Assembly: GCA_038889235.1 (NCBI GenBank)
Contig: JAWAHN010000002.1
Span: 344,356-376,355, forward strand
Length of the DNA: 32,000 bases
DNA from: Candidatus Jordarchaeales archaeon
Lineage (GTDB): Archaea > Asgardarchaeota > Jordiarchaeia > Jordiarchaeales > Freyrarchaeaceae
Direction: 5' to 3'
Part shown: positions 1 through 8,570 of the stretch, piece after piece
Numbering within the stretch: the first letter of the stretch is position 1
Layout of the letters: each line of letters starts with the position of its first letter
Translations under genes and position numbers: made by a program
Notes under the pieces: model-generated
The model's input: only the letters and a program-made list of their open reading frames with translations
Databases searched by the model: none
What the model was told of the DNA's origin: nothing

Positions 1-170
1 ACTGTGCACCCGTCGATCTTCGCGCTCTTGACGGATTCTTCAGTTACCGTGGCCTCCTCCCGCTTTCCCTCCTTTGAAACCTCCAGTATTATTGTGACCT
101 GCCACCCCTCTCGTTCAGGAGTCAGTTCAATCCTGTGAAAGCGGTCATATGTAATCGTCTTCTTAACCAC
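1..170 (-). CDS. 5' part of a hypothetical protein running off the left edge (MVKKTITYDRFHRIELTPEREGWQVTIILEVSKEGKREEATVTEESVKSAKIDGCT...)
   Basis: Manual translation: GTG at 170 preceded by a GAGGAGG RBS, an open frame to position 1, and a TTTTATAT TATA-like element near 225-235 on the minus strand. Family not recognised. Confidence 0.6.
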   Translation of the reverse strand, partial: MVKKTITYDRFHRIELTPEREGWQVTIILEVSKEGKREEATVTEESVKSAKIDGCT

Positions 171-296
171 TTCAAATTGCCTCCTCTCACCGCCTAAGAC
201 CGATTCATCCTTAGCTTCTTAACAATATAAAAAGTTTGGAGGAAAACGGTTTTTAACGCGTAACCGCTAATCTGATAGGGTGCGTAAACTCTCGTC

Positions 297-1715
297 GTGG
301 GATTGAATTTGCTTGTTCTTGAAGGCGAAGACGGGAGGAAAGTAAAGGTCTTCGTCGTCGACTTCCACACACACGTGGGAAAGGAAAAGGTCCTAGACGC
401 CGTAGGGGAGGCCTTCCGCTCCAATACACCAAAACAAACAATAGACTTCTACCATAGGCTCCAATTCGAGTTAAAGGCGTGCATGAACTCCTCCCCCTCA
501 AGTTACCGCTACAAGCTCGTCGAGCCGCTCACAGAGCCCCCAAAAGCGTTGAAGTCTTTCTATGACTCTTTTGGTGGCATGTGGGGGTGGACGGTAGACC
601 AGTTTGTTGCCTTCCCCTTCAACGACTACAGAGCCTACTCCACGAAGCCGGGCTTCATGATACCCAACGACATGGTCTTAAAGCGCTCGCTCACACTGCC
701 ATTCTCCCCTCGGATGCTTGGCTTCGTCAGGGTGGATCCGCACGACGGCGAGGGAGCCGTAAGAGAAGTTGAGAGGTGCGCTGCCGCGGGGGCGAGGGGG
801 CTAAAACTCCACCCGATATCACAAGGCTTCCTCGACGAGGTGAACTCTAAGGAGGTGCAGGATGTTGTCATCGCAGCTATCAACAACGGGATGCCCGTTA
901 TCTTTGACTGCCGGTACTACGCGACAGCGGAGGACATTTATGAGCTCGTGCAGTCCATTCGAGGTGCAGTTAAAAGAGAGCGGTTTGCCGTAGTGCTTGC
1001 TCACTCGAGCATGGAGTACACGAAGAAAGGCCTCTACGATATACTAGGCGACCCGAACATATACGGTGATACGTCAGGTGTGAGGGGTGACGACGTGCAG
1101 GTCTTCCTCAAAATGCTTAGAAACAACTTGGGCGATGAGTGGTCTCGCAAAATTCTCTTTGGCACAGACTTCAACTACTTCACTATCCCGCAAGCGGTCG
1201 ACTTTCTCTCTTATCTTTTCACCTGGGACTTTTACGATGAGCTCGACGCAAAGCTGAAAGACGTCGAACGTATACTTGCGGGGAATGCTCTCTCGATGAT
1301 CAAGCCTCACATCGAGTCCCACGGGCACACTTGGGCGATGAAGTTTAGAGGGGAGGCCGGAGAGGCTTTCTCGAGGAACCTGCTCCATAGAGCAGGCTAT
1401 GCTGCGTCGAAGAAGACGGTTGAGACATTAACATATGACCCAGTAGTTCAAGGAAGTGGGGTGGTGGACGCAGAAAGCTTCGTGCTATCACTCCGCCGTG
1501 CCGGAGGCGGGGGTTCGTCGCTGATCGTTAGGAGGGGAGCTAAAAAAACTTTAGTAGCACTTCTAAGCGTTTGTGATGTGGACGCAAGCTTAAGAGTGAG
1601 AAAAACATCCGGAGACTACACAAAAGTAATCCGGGGTGTGGTGTGGGGTAGTGTAGAGGTGGACAACGTCGGCGAAGCTGAGGAGCTGGCGGACAAATTG
1701 ATTCGAGGTTTTTGA
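297..1715 (+). CDS. Amidohydrolase_2-family metal-dependent TIM-barrel hydrolase with an extra C-terminal region of about 130 aa
   Basis: DFHTH metal motif, GFVRVDP, GLKLHP, VVLAH, YGDTSG and ILFGTDF motifs in the expected barrel order. Confidence 0.85.
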   Translation: MGLNLLVLEGEDGRKVKVFVVDFHTHVGKEKVLDAVGEAFRSNTPKQTIDFYHRLQFELKACMNSSPSSYRYKLVEPLTEPPKALKSFYDSFGGMWGWTVDQFVAFPFNDYRAYSTKPGFMIPNDMVLKRSLTLPFSPRMLGFVRVDPHDGEGAVREVERCAAAGARGLKLHPISQGFLDEVNSKEVQDVVIAAINNGMPVIFDCRYYATAEDIYELVQSIRGAVKRERFAVVLAHSSMEYTKKGLYDILGDPNIYGDTSGVRGDDVQVFLKMLRNNLGDEWSRKILFGTDFNYFTIPQAVDFLSYLFTWDFYDELDAKLKDVERILAGNALSMIKPHIESHGHTWAMKFRGEAGEAFSRNLLHRAGYAASKKTVETLTYDPVVQGSGVVDAESFVLSLRRAGGGGSSLIVRRGAKKTLVALLSVCDVDASLRVRKTSGDYTKVIRGVVWGSVEVDNVGEAEELADKLIRGF

Positions 1716-1804
1716 ATCTTGGAGAGTATAGCTGAATCATTTTTCCAGAATTTTTATACGGTGAAATCTCTCTTTAGAGAATCTCTGGAGAGGCGTGTTA
1801 ATAG

Positions 1805-3142
1805 GTGATTCAATTGTCCTTGAAACTTGAGGTTGTTAATGCTGGCGCTGCTGATGGGCGCGCATTTATGAACCCGAGCGACATGAAGCAGCTTGGAATA
1901 GACGACTTTGACATAGTCGTTTTCATTAACGAGTACGAGGACTGGGGTGCTGTCCAAGTTATATCTAAGAGCGACTGCCCTGAAGGCTACATAATGATTG
2001 ACGAAGACGTGCTTGACTCGGCGAACGTTTCAGAAGGAGACGTAGTTACTGTCAAGAAGAAAAAGGCTAGAGGAGGGATAAAATACGTTCAACTGGGTGT
2101 TGAACCAATGGAGGGGCAACCTACAGAGGAGGTCGTCGTGTGGGTTGCGGATCACGTCAGTGATCTTGCCAGGATACTCAAGAAGAGGCCCATATACAGG
2201 AACCTCGAGGTCAGCTGGCGGGATGCTGAGTGTGGTTACATAAAGCTGAGGGTTCAGTCAACTAAGCCCGACCTCTCGGGTGAAGAGGTTGGAATAATCG
2301 ATCCGACGGGGCACGAGGTCACGTTCGAAATAGTTCCAGCCCTCGACATGACGTTTAACGCGGTGCTCATGATAGACGTCTCCGGATCCATGCAGAAGAA
2401 GGATATGAGGCTTAAAAACGTCGACGGAGCAATAGAAGGGCTGAAGAAGGGGATGCGTGAGACACAGCGCTTGAAGGAGTTCCTTGTAGGAATAGAGGAA
2501 GGTGGGGTAGTTAGCAGGATAAAGGCAGCCGCCCTCGCAACGCTGCTCTACTTGTCCTTGAAGATAGGGAGAGGGTGGGGTGAAAACGTTCAAGTCATAA
2601 CGTTCGCCGAACAAGTTGAACCGTTAACCATAACGGACAAGCAGGGAAGGCAGACGACAGTCATAAAGTGTACTGGGGAGAGTAAGGCTCTGGGGCTTGA
2701 AGCTATAGGAGAGTACATACTTGAAAAGTGCCAGGAGGGAAGTGGGTTAACGTTCATGAGCGGCGCATTAAAGAAGGCCGCCGAGTTAGCTGAACTGTTC
2801 CCTCCTAACCCAAAGACCGGAAAACCTTATCCTGTGATGTTCGTCCTGCTCTCCGACGGGTATCCAAACACCGGGGACGAGGAAGCAGGAATCCCGGTCA
2901 ACCCGATACCTATAGTGCGCGACTACTTCTCCCAGAAAACAGATTGGGTACTCTACACTATAGGAATTGGAGAAGCGGACATGGAGCTCATGCGCAGACT
3001 GGCAGAGATAGGGAGGGGTGAGGCATTCAAAGCTGACGACTTCGGCGATCTGGCACGGTGGTACGACATGTTGGCGCAGCGCTTCGCGATAACGGTAAAA
3101 ACGACCCCTTCACAGTTTGCTGCAGAAGTCTCTGAAACATAA
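1805..3142 (+). CDS. Cdc48/VAT-type N-domain (double-psi barrel plus second subdomain) fused to a von Willebrand factor A domain; no ATPase
   Basis: The N-terminus (LEVVNAGAADGRAFMNPSDMKQLGI...GYIMIDEDVLDSANVSEGDVVTVKK, then LKKRPIY...KLRVQSTKP) follows the CDC48_N/CDC48_2 pattern. The C-terminus has MIDAS DVSGS (2375-2389), GLT, LLSDG and YTIGIG. No Walker A. Start may be TTG 1814 after AGGTGA. Confidence 0.8.
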   Translation: MIQLSLKLEVVNAGAADGRAFMNPSDMKQLGIDDFDIVVFINEYEDWGAVQVISKSDCPEGYIMIDEDVLDSANVSEGDVVTVKKKKARGGIKYVQLGVEPMEGQPTEEVVVWVADHVSDLARILKKRPIYRNLEVSWRDAECGYIKLRVQSTKPDLSGEEVGIIDPTGHEVTFEIVPALDMTFNAVLMIDVSGSMQKKDMRLKNVDGAIEGLKKGMRETQRLKEFLVGIEEGGVVSRIKAAALATLLYLSLKIGRGWGENVQVITFAEQVEPLTITDKQGRQTTVIKCTGESKALGLEAIGEYILEKCQEGSGLTFMSGALKKAAELAELFPPNPKTGKPYPVMFVLLSDGYPNTGDEEAGIPVNPIPIVRDYFSQKTDWVLYTIGIGEADMELMRRLAEIGRGEAFKADDFGDLARWYDMLAQRFAITVKTTPSQFAAEVSET

Positions 3143-3240
3143 AGACGCTGCCTGTAGCGCACAGGGCCTAAAGCGACTTCGAAGCTGGGAGAACCCCCGC
3201 ACCCTCCAAAATTTTTAGTACGCAAATGCAGTTAACGGGG

Positions 3241-3261
3241 AACCTCACCCTTGGTGAGGTT
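3241..3261. terminator. Perfect 9-bp stem hairpin between convergent genes
   Basis: AACCTCACC-CTT-GGTGAGGTT in the 3143-3291 gap. The terminator role is inferred. Confidence 0.35.
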
Positions 3262-3291
3262 AAAGCACTCCATCCTAAACTTGGCTCAAAA

Positions 3292-6200
3292 CTAGTTCGC
3301 CGAATCAAACACTTTTACGAGCTTCACTTCATGCCTGGGTGTCTGCACTACTTCAGATGGTAGTAGTTTATCTTTCACGTAGACTAATGCTTCCAGCGTG
3401 ACTATTGTGGTGTTAGGTACCTGCGGGGGCTTCCACGCCACACTTACCGTTTTCTCCTGCTGCTTAATCTCTCCGCTCCAAACTTTCCGTGTTTTCGTCA
3501 GAACCCTCGCAGTTAAGACAACCTTAATCGGTTGCGCCACTTTCTTCTTAACGTTGAATGCCAGTTTACTCTCTTTTCTCTCCTCCAGCATGGACGGGAG
3601 CTTGGTGAATGCGACCTTCACGAGAGGGCTGGTTGGCGGGCTTACCATGAACATTGGAGAAGTCTCCGTTAGCACGAAGGAGCCTTCCTGCGTTTTGAAC
3701 TGTAGCATGGCTTGCAAGTACGTCTTCTTTCCCGCAAGCCACGGTGGAATCTCAATTTTCCCGTGAACCTTCACTCCCTTCCTAGGTTTAAGCTCAAGGC
3801 TTAACTTCTCCTCAACCTCAACTTCCCCCTGAAGTGTAAAAAGGCGGACCACCCCTCTAGCTTTTACCTGCCGCTCAGCGGCATTCTCTGCTTCGAACTC
3901 ATACGCGACCTGACCACCAGCTTGCACATCCCTCACTCTAAGTGTTACCTCACTGATGGTAATCGGGGGACGAGGAGTTACATTAACCTCGACTTCTTCA
4001 CTATAAACCCTAGCTCCGTCTGCCTCCAAACTTATCTTTAACTTGTGCCTTCCCTTCTCCTCCCAGGCTTTGACTGTCAGTGGCAAAACATGCATCCCTT
4101 CGTCCACGACATACTCCTTCGACGTCACGGATCCGGCCGTCAACGAAACACTTAGCTTTACCGGCTTCATAACCCCTTCAACTCTCACTTTGAGCTTCAC
4201 CACAATGGTCGACGACGCTGCAACATTCTTCGGGCACTCGATGCCGGAAACCTTGACCGCCTTCTTAGGCGGAAGAGCGGTAACATGAACGACCCCCGTC
4301 TTACACTCCGCTAGAACCTCCTCACCATGAACTACACGGCACACGAAGGCGAAGCTCCCCTCCGTAACATCCTTGCCAACCTTAACCTTGCAGGACAGCC
4401 TCTTTGACTGCTTCACAACAAGCTCCCTATAATCCATTAGCCTCCTCTCCCTTCCCTCCAGGAAGATCTCAGCAAAGAAGGGGCCCGCAACGTCTGGGTT
4501 CAAGTTCACAACTTCGAAAACCGCCTTGCAAGTCTCACCCCACTTAACCACGTGCTTGGAAACACTACCGGAAACACTCAACCGAGGTCTAAGGGAAATA
4601 TGTGAGACGTCGATGGCTCTTGAAACATGGGCCGCAGCGACTGCTGTTTTGCTCTCTGCACGCTCCACCCTTCTACGTGAAGAGGGCTGAATACGAGTGA
4701 GCTTTGACTGCTTTGCTGTCTTCACAGCCCTCTCTGCCTTAGTTCTATCCTGAACGACAGGAGTTTTAGGCTTCGCAACGCTTACCTGTGCTTCTCGCCT
4801 AACTTGTGCCGTTGGCGGGGTAAGCCTGGTGACTACTATAACCTTTGGCTTAGCCTCTGCCTCTCTAATGGTTACAGCCTCTTTCTTCTTGGCCTCCGCT
4901 GTCTGTGCGACAAGTTCCTGTCTTGTTGCGGTGGTCTTTGTTTCCACTGCTGCTACACTTGGCCTTTCAACTCTCACCACCGGGGTTTTATATTCTGCCA
5001 CTGTTTCCCCCATGTAGAGTACTTGAAACCTAAGTGTGTACTCCCCCTCCTCGCCCGACGGAATAGGCACACTCACTACCGCAGGGATGTTTATCTTTTT
5101 CGTCAGAATAGGGGATATCTTTCCACCCTTTTCCGCTGTAACAACTAGTTTGTACTCCCCTCTAAACTCGGGAGGCCTACTCTCGACCTTCACCTTAAGC
5201 TCCCTAGTCTCCCCCACTCTGACGGTTTTAGGCGTGGTCCCAACAGTCACCTTCACGTTAGGTATCGCGGTGGCTTTAAACGTCCTAGTTTCTGCTTCGC
5301 AGCCCCCCACTCCCTCACCTTTCAAGGCAAACTTCAGACGGCACGTCTTAGTTCCATGGAACGCTTTGAGAGGGATTTTGAGGGGGAGCTGCGAGCTCGT
5401 GACAATAACAGTCTTACCTTTCCTCAAAAATATCTTCTTCACAGCCGTCTGGATCGTCTCGCTTTCATCGGCGAAGGTCACCTTCGCCACGAGCGTTGCC
5501 TGCGCATCCCCATCGCTGCTCACTTCAACAGTGAATGGTATGATCTCCTCTGCAACCACCATGGACGCTGTCGTCTCTGCTTTCATCGACACCTTGACCG
5601 CTAGCTTTGGTTTCTCTACAGATTCCACCCTTGCCTCTCCGAACGCTTCGATCAACGGGTCCCCTGGACCCGTGCAATACTTCCTAGTGATCTCCATCAA
5701 GCTGCGGGCTACGACCCCCATGTCTCCCCCCGAGCTACTGTAGAGGTATAGCAGGTAGTCTGCAGGGGAGCACGGGGGTTCAAGCTTATCTGAACCGTAG
5801 ACGGATACAAGGAAAGGCTTGAGGTAGTCTTGGAACCCAAGCTCATCTACTTCCTCCTCAACGTACTTTAGCATCCCCCGGACGGCTTCGAAAAGCTTAG
5901 AGTAGGGCTCTCCTGAAGGAGAGGTGTTGTAGAATGATGCCTCCTTCTCCTTGAGCCCCTTGTCCGGGAAAAACTTCCCCATTAAACCATAGAGTATCGC
6001 TTTTTCCCTGTTCTCAACTACCACGCTCGAGCTGACCCTTGGAACCCTAACTCCTTTACTTGCTAGTTTGACCGCTTTGAGCGCCAGCGCCTGTAGGAGA
6101 GCTACAAGCGCCAACCTTCTTGCTGCACTGAACTGTGAGTCGAAGACTCTGACCTCTATTGTTCCATAGTCTGTGAAGGGGAAAACGTCAACGTACCTGT

Positions 6201-6993
6201 CATCCGGCGGCTCCCTCATAACTACAGAGTCAAAAGCTCTCCTATCCAGTGACTCTAAGTAGGGTATGTAGTGGTCTTTGTCTGCGGGCCCCATCTGGCT
6301 CGTGTTGTACTTAAGCCTTATGTCTCGAACACAGTCCTTTCCGATTATGAAGACTTTACCCTTCCTCTGAACTTTGACAGTCCCAGTAACCCCTTCCCTG
6401 ATGAATGGAGAGTTCACCGTGAGAGCTATCAGGTGAGGGACAAATGCGCGTATCATGTTGTACACAGCTGGTGCTTCCTCTTTGCTCACTCCCACGTGGT
6501 AGTGGTCTCCAAAGGTTACCCCGCTCCTATACTCTTCCTCGAAGGGGTTGAAACCTATAGAAATCAAGTGGTATCCTGAAGGGAGGGAGTCGTATGCCAC
6601 GCTATAGAGCGTTTTAATCCACCATTCAAGCTCCTCCATAAATCTGCACGGAGGAGTTACGAGCTCCAAGATCCAGGTTATCTGGCTCACGTTCGGGTCT
6701 GGTCCGAGAACGTCGACGTCGGCAGCTCCACGAGGGGTCCTATAGGAGACCACAACGTAAGGTAGTCTCTTCCCCCTTCTCTCTTTCTCACTAAAAGAGA
6801 CGTTAATGACGTTATCTGAAACCTCAGCTGGCGCGTCCGCGACAGCCTTCTGCAAGTTTTTCAAAGCGTTCCCCATAAGGTGCTTCCACACTTGGATTAG
6901 GGTTGCCCCACGTAGCAGTCTACCCTTTGAGTCGACCACTTGAACCTCCATCTCTATTCCTTGAGTGAAGGGGAGCTTGTGCATTTCAACCAC
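3292..6993 (-). CDS. GCS2/YbdK-like carboxylate-amine ligase (N-terminal about 450 aa) fused to about six beta-sandwich (Ig-like) domains and a low-complexity linker
   Basis: GCS2 motifs in order: GIEMEVQVVD, ILELVTPP, GDHYHVG, HLIALTVNSPF and DVFPFTDYGTIEVRVFD. The C-terminal 770 aa shows repeated Val-rich alternating beta-strand blocks of about 100-110 aa. No signal peptide or TM helix is visible. Confidence 0.8.
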   Translation of the reverse strand: MVEMHKLPFTQGIEMEVQVVDSKGRLLRGATLIQVWKHLMGNALKNLQKAVADAPAEVSDNVINVSFSEKERRGKRLPYVVVSYRTPRGAADVDVLGPDPNVSQITWILELVTPPCRFMEELEWWIKTLYSVAYDSLPSGYHLISIGFNPFEEEYRSGVTFGDHYHVGVSKEEAPAVYNMIRAFVPHLIALTVNSPFIREGVTGTVKVQRKGKVFIIGKDCVRDIRLKYNTSQMGPADKDHYIPYLESLDRRAFDSVVMREPPDDRYVDVFPFTDYGTIEVRVFDSQFSAARRLALVALLQALALKAVKLASKGVRVPRVSSSVVVENREKAILYGLMGKFFPDKGLKEKEASFYNTSPSGEPYSKLFEAVRGMLKYVEEEVDELGFQDYLKPFLVSVYGSDKLEPPCSPADYLLYLYSSSGGDMGVVARSLMEITRKYCTGPGDPLIEAFGEARVESVEKPKLAVKVSMKAETTASMVVAEEIIPFTVEVSSDGDAQATLVAKVTFADESETIQTAVKKIFLRKGKTVIVTSSQLPLKIPLKAFHGTKTCRLKFALKGEGVGGCEAETRTFKATAIPNVKVTVGTTPKTVRVGETRELKVKVESRPPEFRGEYKLVVTAEKGGKISPILTKKINIPAVVSVPIPSGEEGEYTLRFQVLYMGETVAEYKTPVVRVERPSVAAVETKTTATRQELVAQTAEAKKKEAVTIREAEAKPKVIVVTRLTPPTAQVRREAQVSVAKPKTPVVQDRTKAERAVKTAKQSKLTRIQPSSRRRVERAESKTAVAAAHVSRAIDVSHISLRPRLSVSGSVSKHVVKWGETCKAVFEVVNLNPDVAGPFFAEIFLEGRERRLMDYRELVVKQSKRLSCKVKVGKDVTEGSFAFVCRVVHGEEVLAECKTGVVHVTALPPKKAVKVSGIECPKNVAASSTIVVKLKVRVEGVMKPVKLSVSLTAGSVTSKEYVVDEGMHVLPLTVKAWEEKGRHKLKISLEADGARVYSEEVEVNVTPRPPITISEVTLRVRDVQAGGQVAYEFEAENAAERQVKARGVVRLFTLQGEVEVEEKLSLELKPRKGVKVHGKIEIPPWLAGKKTYLQAMLQFKTQEGSFVLTETSPMFMVSPPTSPLVKVAFTKLPSMLEERKESKLAFNVKKKVAQPIKVVLTARVLTKTRKVWSGEIKQQEKTVSVAWKPPQVPNTTIVTLEALVYVKDKLLPSEVVQTPRHEVKLVKVFDSAN

Positions 6994-7002
6994 TCGCCAA
7001 AC

Positions 7003-8529
7003 CTAGATGTCAACAGCTGGTTTTAAATAATGGTCGATGTAGCTCTTCGCCTCATCCGCCTCCCTCCTCCTCAACACTCCTGAATCAACCAGCACGCTTA
7101 TCCCTCGCGAGAAAAGGGAGGCAGCCTCGGGGTTCAGGAGGTAGTTGAACTTCTTCAGTCCAGAGGCTATAGCACCCCACACTTCTTCTCTGAGGCTCAA
7201 GCTAACTATAGACTCAAGCTGGGAAGAGACTGCAACGCCGCCAGCTTCAACAACTATAGGGGGAATTACGTCGACAACTTCTTTTCCCCCAGCAAGCCTG
7301 TAGGCGAAGAAGGGCACGTACACAGTCGCCGGAAGCTTCCCGGGGAAAGTTGAAGCGGGAACGAGGAACGAAGAGTTTGCCTCGACACGAGACCTAGCTT
7401 GGGAAAGCCACTCCCTGGAGATCTCCTCGTACTCCCTCTTCTGCCTGACCGCCTCGAGGAAGACCTGCTTCACCCGCCTGACTTCCTGGTTTACATCCTC
7501 AATCTCTCTTTCCAACTCTTTAAGTATTCTTTCCTCCTCTTTCTGAAACTCTTTTTCAGCCTTTTTCTTGAGCCGCTCTTTCTCCCTTTCAAAGCGCTCC
7601 CTGCGGCCGAGGTAATCCAAGTACTCCCTCTCAACTCTGGAGAACTCCTCAATGGCTTCTTCGAGCGAATCTATAACTGCCCTTATCCTCTCCAAGGTTA
7701 ACTCGGGCTCCCCTCCAGACGTAGCCTCTGAAATAGCCTTCTCCAACTTCTCAATATACCGCGAGAGGGGAAAAGTGCTCGGCGGGCTCTCAGAAAACTT
7801 CAACGCCTCTATTCTTTTAACTTCCATCTCAAACTTAGCCCTCTCCTCCTCCACTCTCCCCTGAGCCTTCTCCTTAATTCTCTGCTTCTCCTCCTCAGCT
7901 TTCCTCTCGGCCTCCTCAATTTCTTCCCTGTAGCGGGCCAGCGTTTCATCGATAATTCTCAAGTTCTCCCTGAAAACCTCGGCAAAGTGGTTCACGTTCT
8001 CTTTTGTGAGCACGGTAAAAGACGACAAAGTCTCGCTTGCAGCCTTTAGGGAGATCCTTTCTGGGACCAACTCGTCAGGCTTGACATTCCACCGCTCCAC
8101 ATGTTGAAGTCTCTCGGTGAGCGCGGTGAGCGCCGGGCCGCTGACGAGTCCCGGCACGTTGGCTTTGAGGGGCTTAACCTGTCGTTTGAGAGACGAAACC
8201 CTCAGCTTTAGCGCCTCAGTAAATGATTCCAAACGAGCCTCGTCAAAGTCTTTGAAGGATGAAAGGTGAGGCGAGTAGAAAACTGAGCCTGAAAGTGAAG
8301 CTGTCGCCTCAACGGCCACCATGCTCTCCCCATCAACTGGGATAAGGTGTATCGGGAAAAAGAACTTCGAAACAGACACGAGTTCGCCGCCGGAAGATTT
8401 CTTCCAAATTAAGAAGAATGCCAGCGCAACCTCGACAGCGTCAGCGTACTTCGAGGGGAAGAACTCCCTTCTCTGAAGCACAAACGGCACTGAAAATATT
8501 TCAACCAATCCCAGGCGGCCTCCATGCAT
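7003..8529 (-). CDS. Uncharacterised protein: N- and C-terminal alpha/beta segments flanking two E/K/R-rich coiled-coil stretches
   Basis: 508-aa ORF with coiled-coil blocks near aa 190-245 and 290-385. Its stop lies 9 nt upstream of the ligase start, suggesting an operon. Confidence 0.75.
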   Translation of the reverse strand: MHGGRLGLVEIFSVPFVLQRREFFPSKYADAVEVALAFFLIWKKSSGGELVSVSKFFFPIHLIPVDGESMVAVEATASLSGSVFYSPHLSSFKDFDEARLESFTEALKLRVSSLKRQVKPLKANVPGLVSGPALTALTERLQHVERWNVKPDELVPERISLKAASETLSSFTVLTKENVNHFAEVFRENLRIIDETLARYREEIEEAERKAEEEKQRIKEKAQGRVEEERAKFEMEVKRIEALKFSESPPSTFPLSRYIEKLEKAISEATSGGEPELTLERIRAVIDSLEEAIEEFSRVEREYLDYLGRRERFEREKERLKKKAEKEFQKEEERILKELEREIEDVNQEVRRVKQVFLEAVRQKREYEEISREWLSQARSRVEANSSFLVPASTFPGKLPATVYVPFFAYRLAGGKEVVDVIPPIVVEAGGVAVSSQLESIVSLSLREEVWGAIASGLKKFNYLLNPEAASLFSRGISVLVDSGVLRRREADEAKSYIDHYLKPAVDI

Positions 8530-8570
8530 CTTACAAAATATTTAGGTGAAATGTGGCAATTTTAAAATAG

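Noticed and set aside
3292-6993. Calling the gene gshA or pafA
   Set aside because: The fold motifs are GCS2-like, but substrate cannot be inferred, and no Pup-like GGE/GGQ-ending ORF or proteasome genes are in the window.
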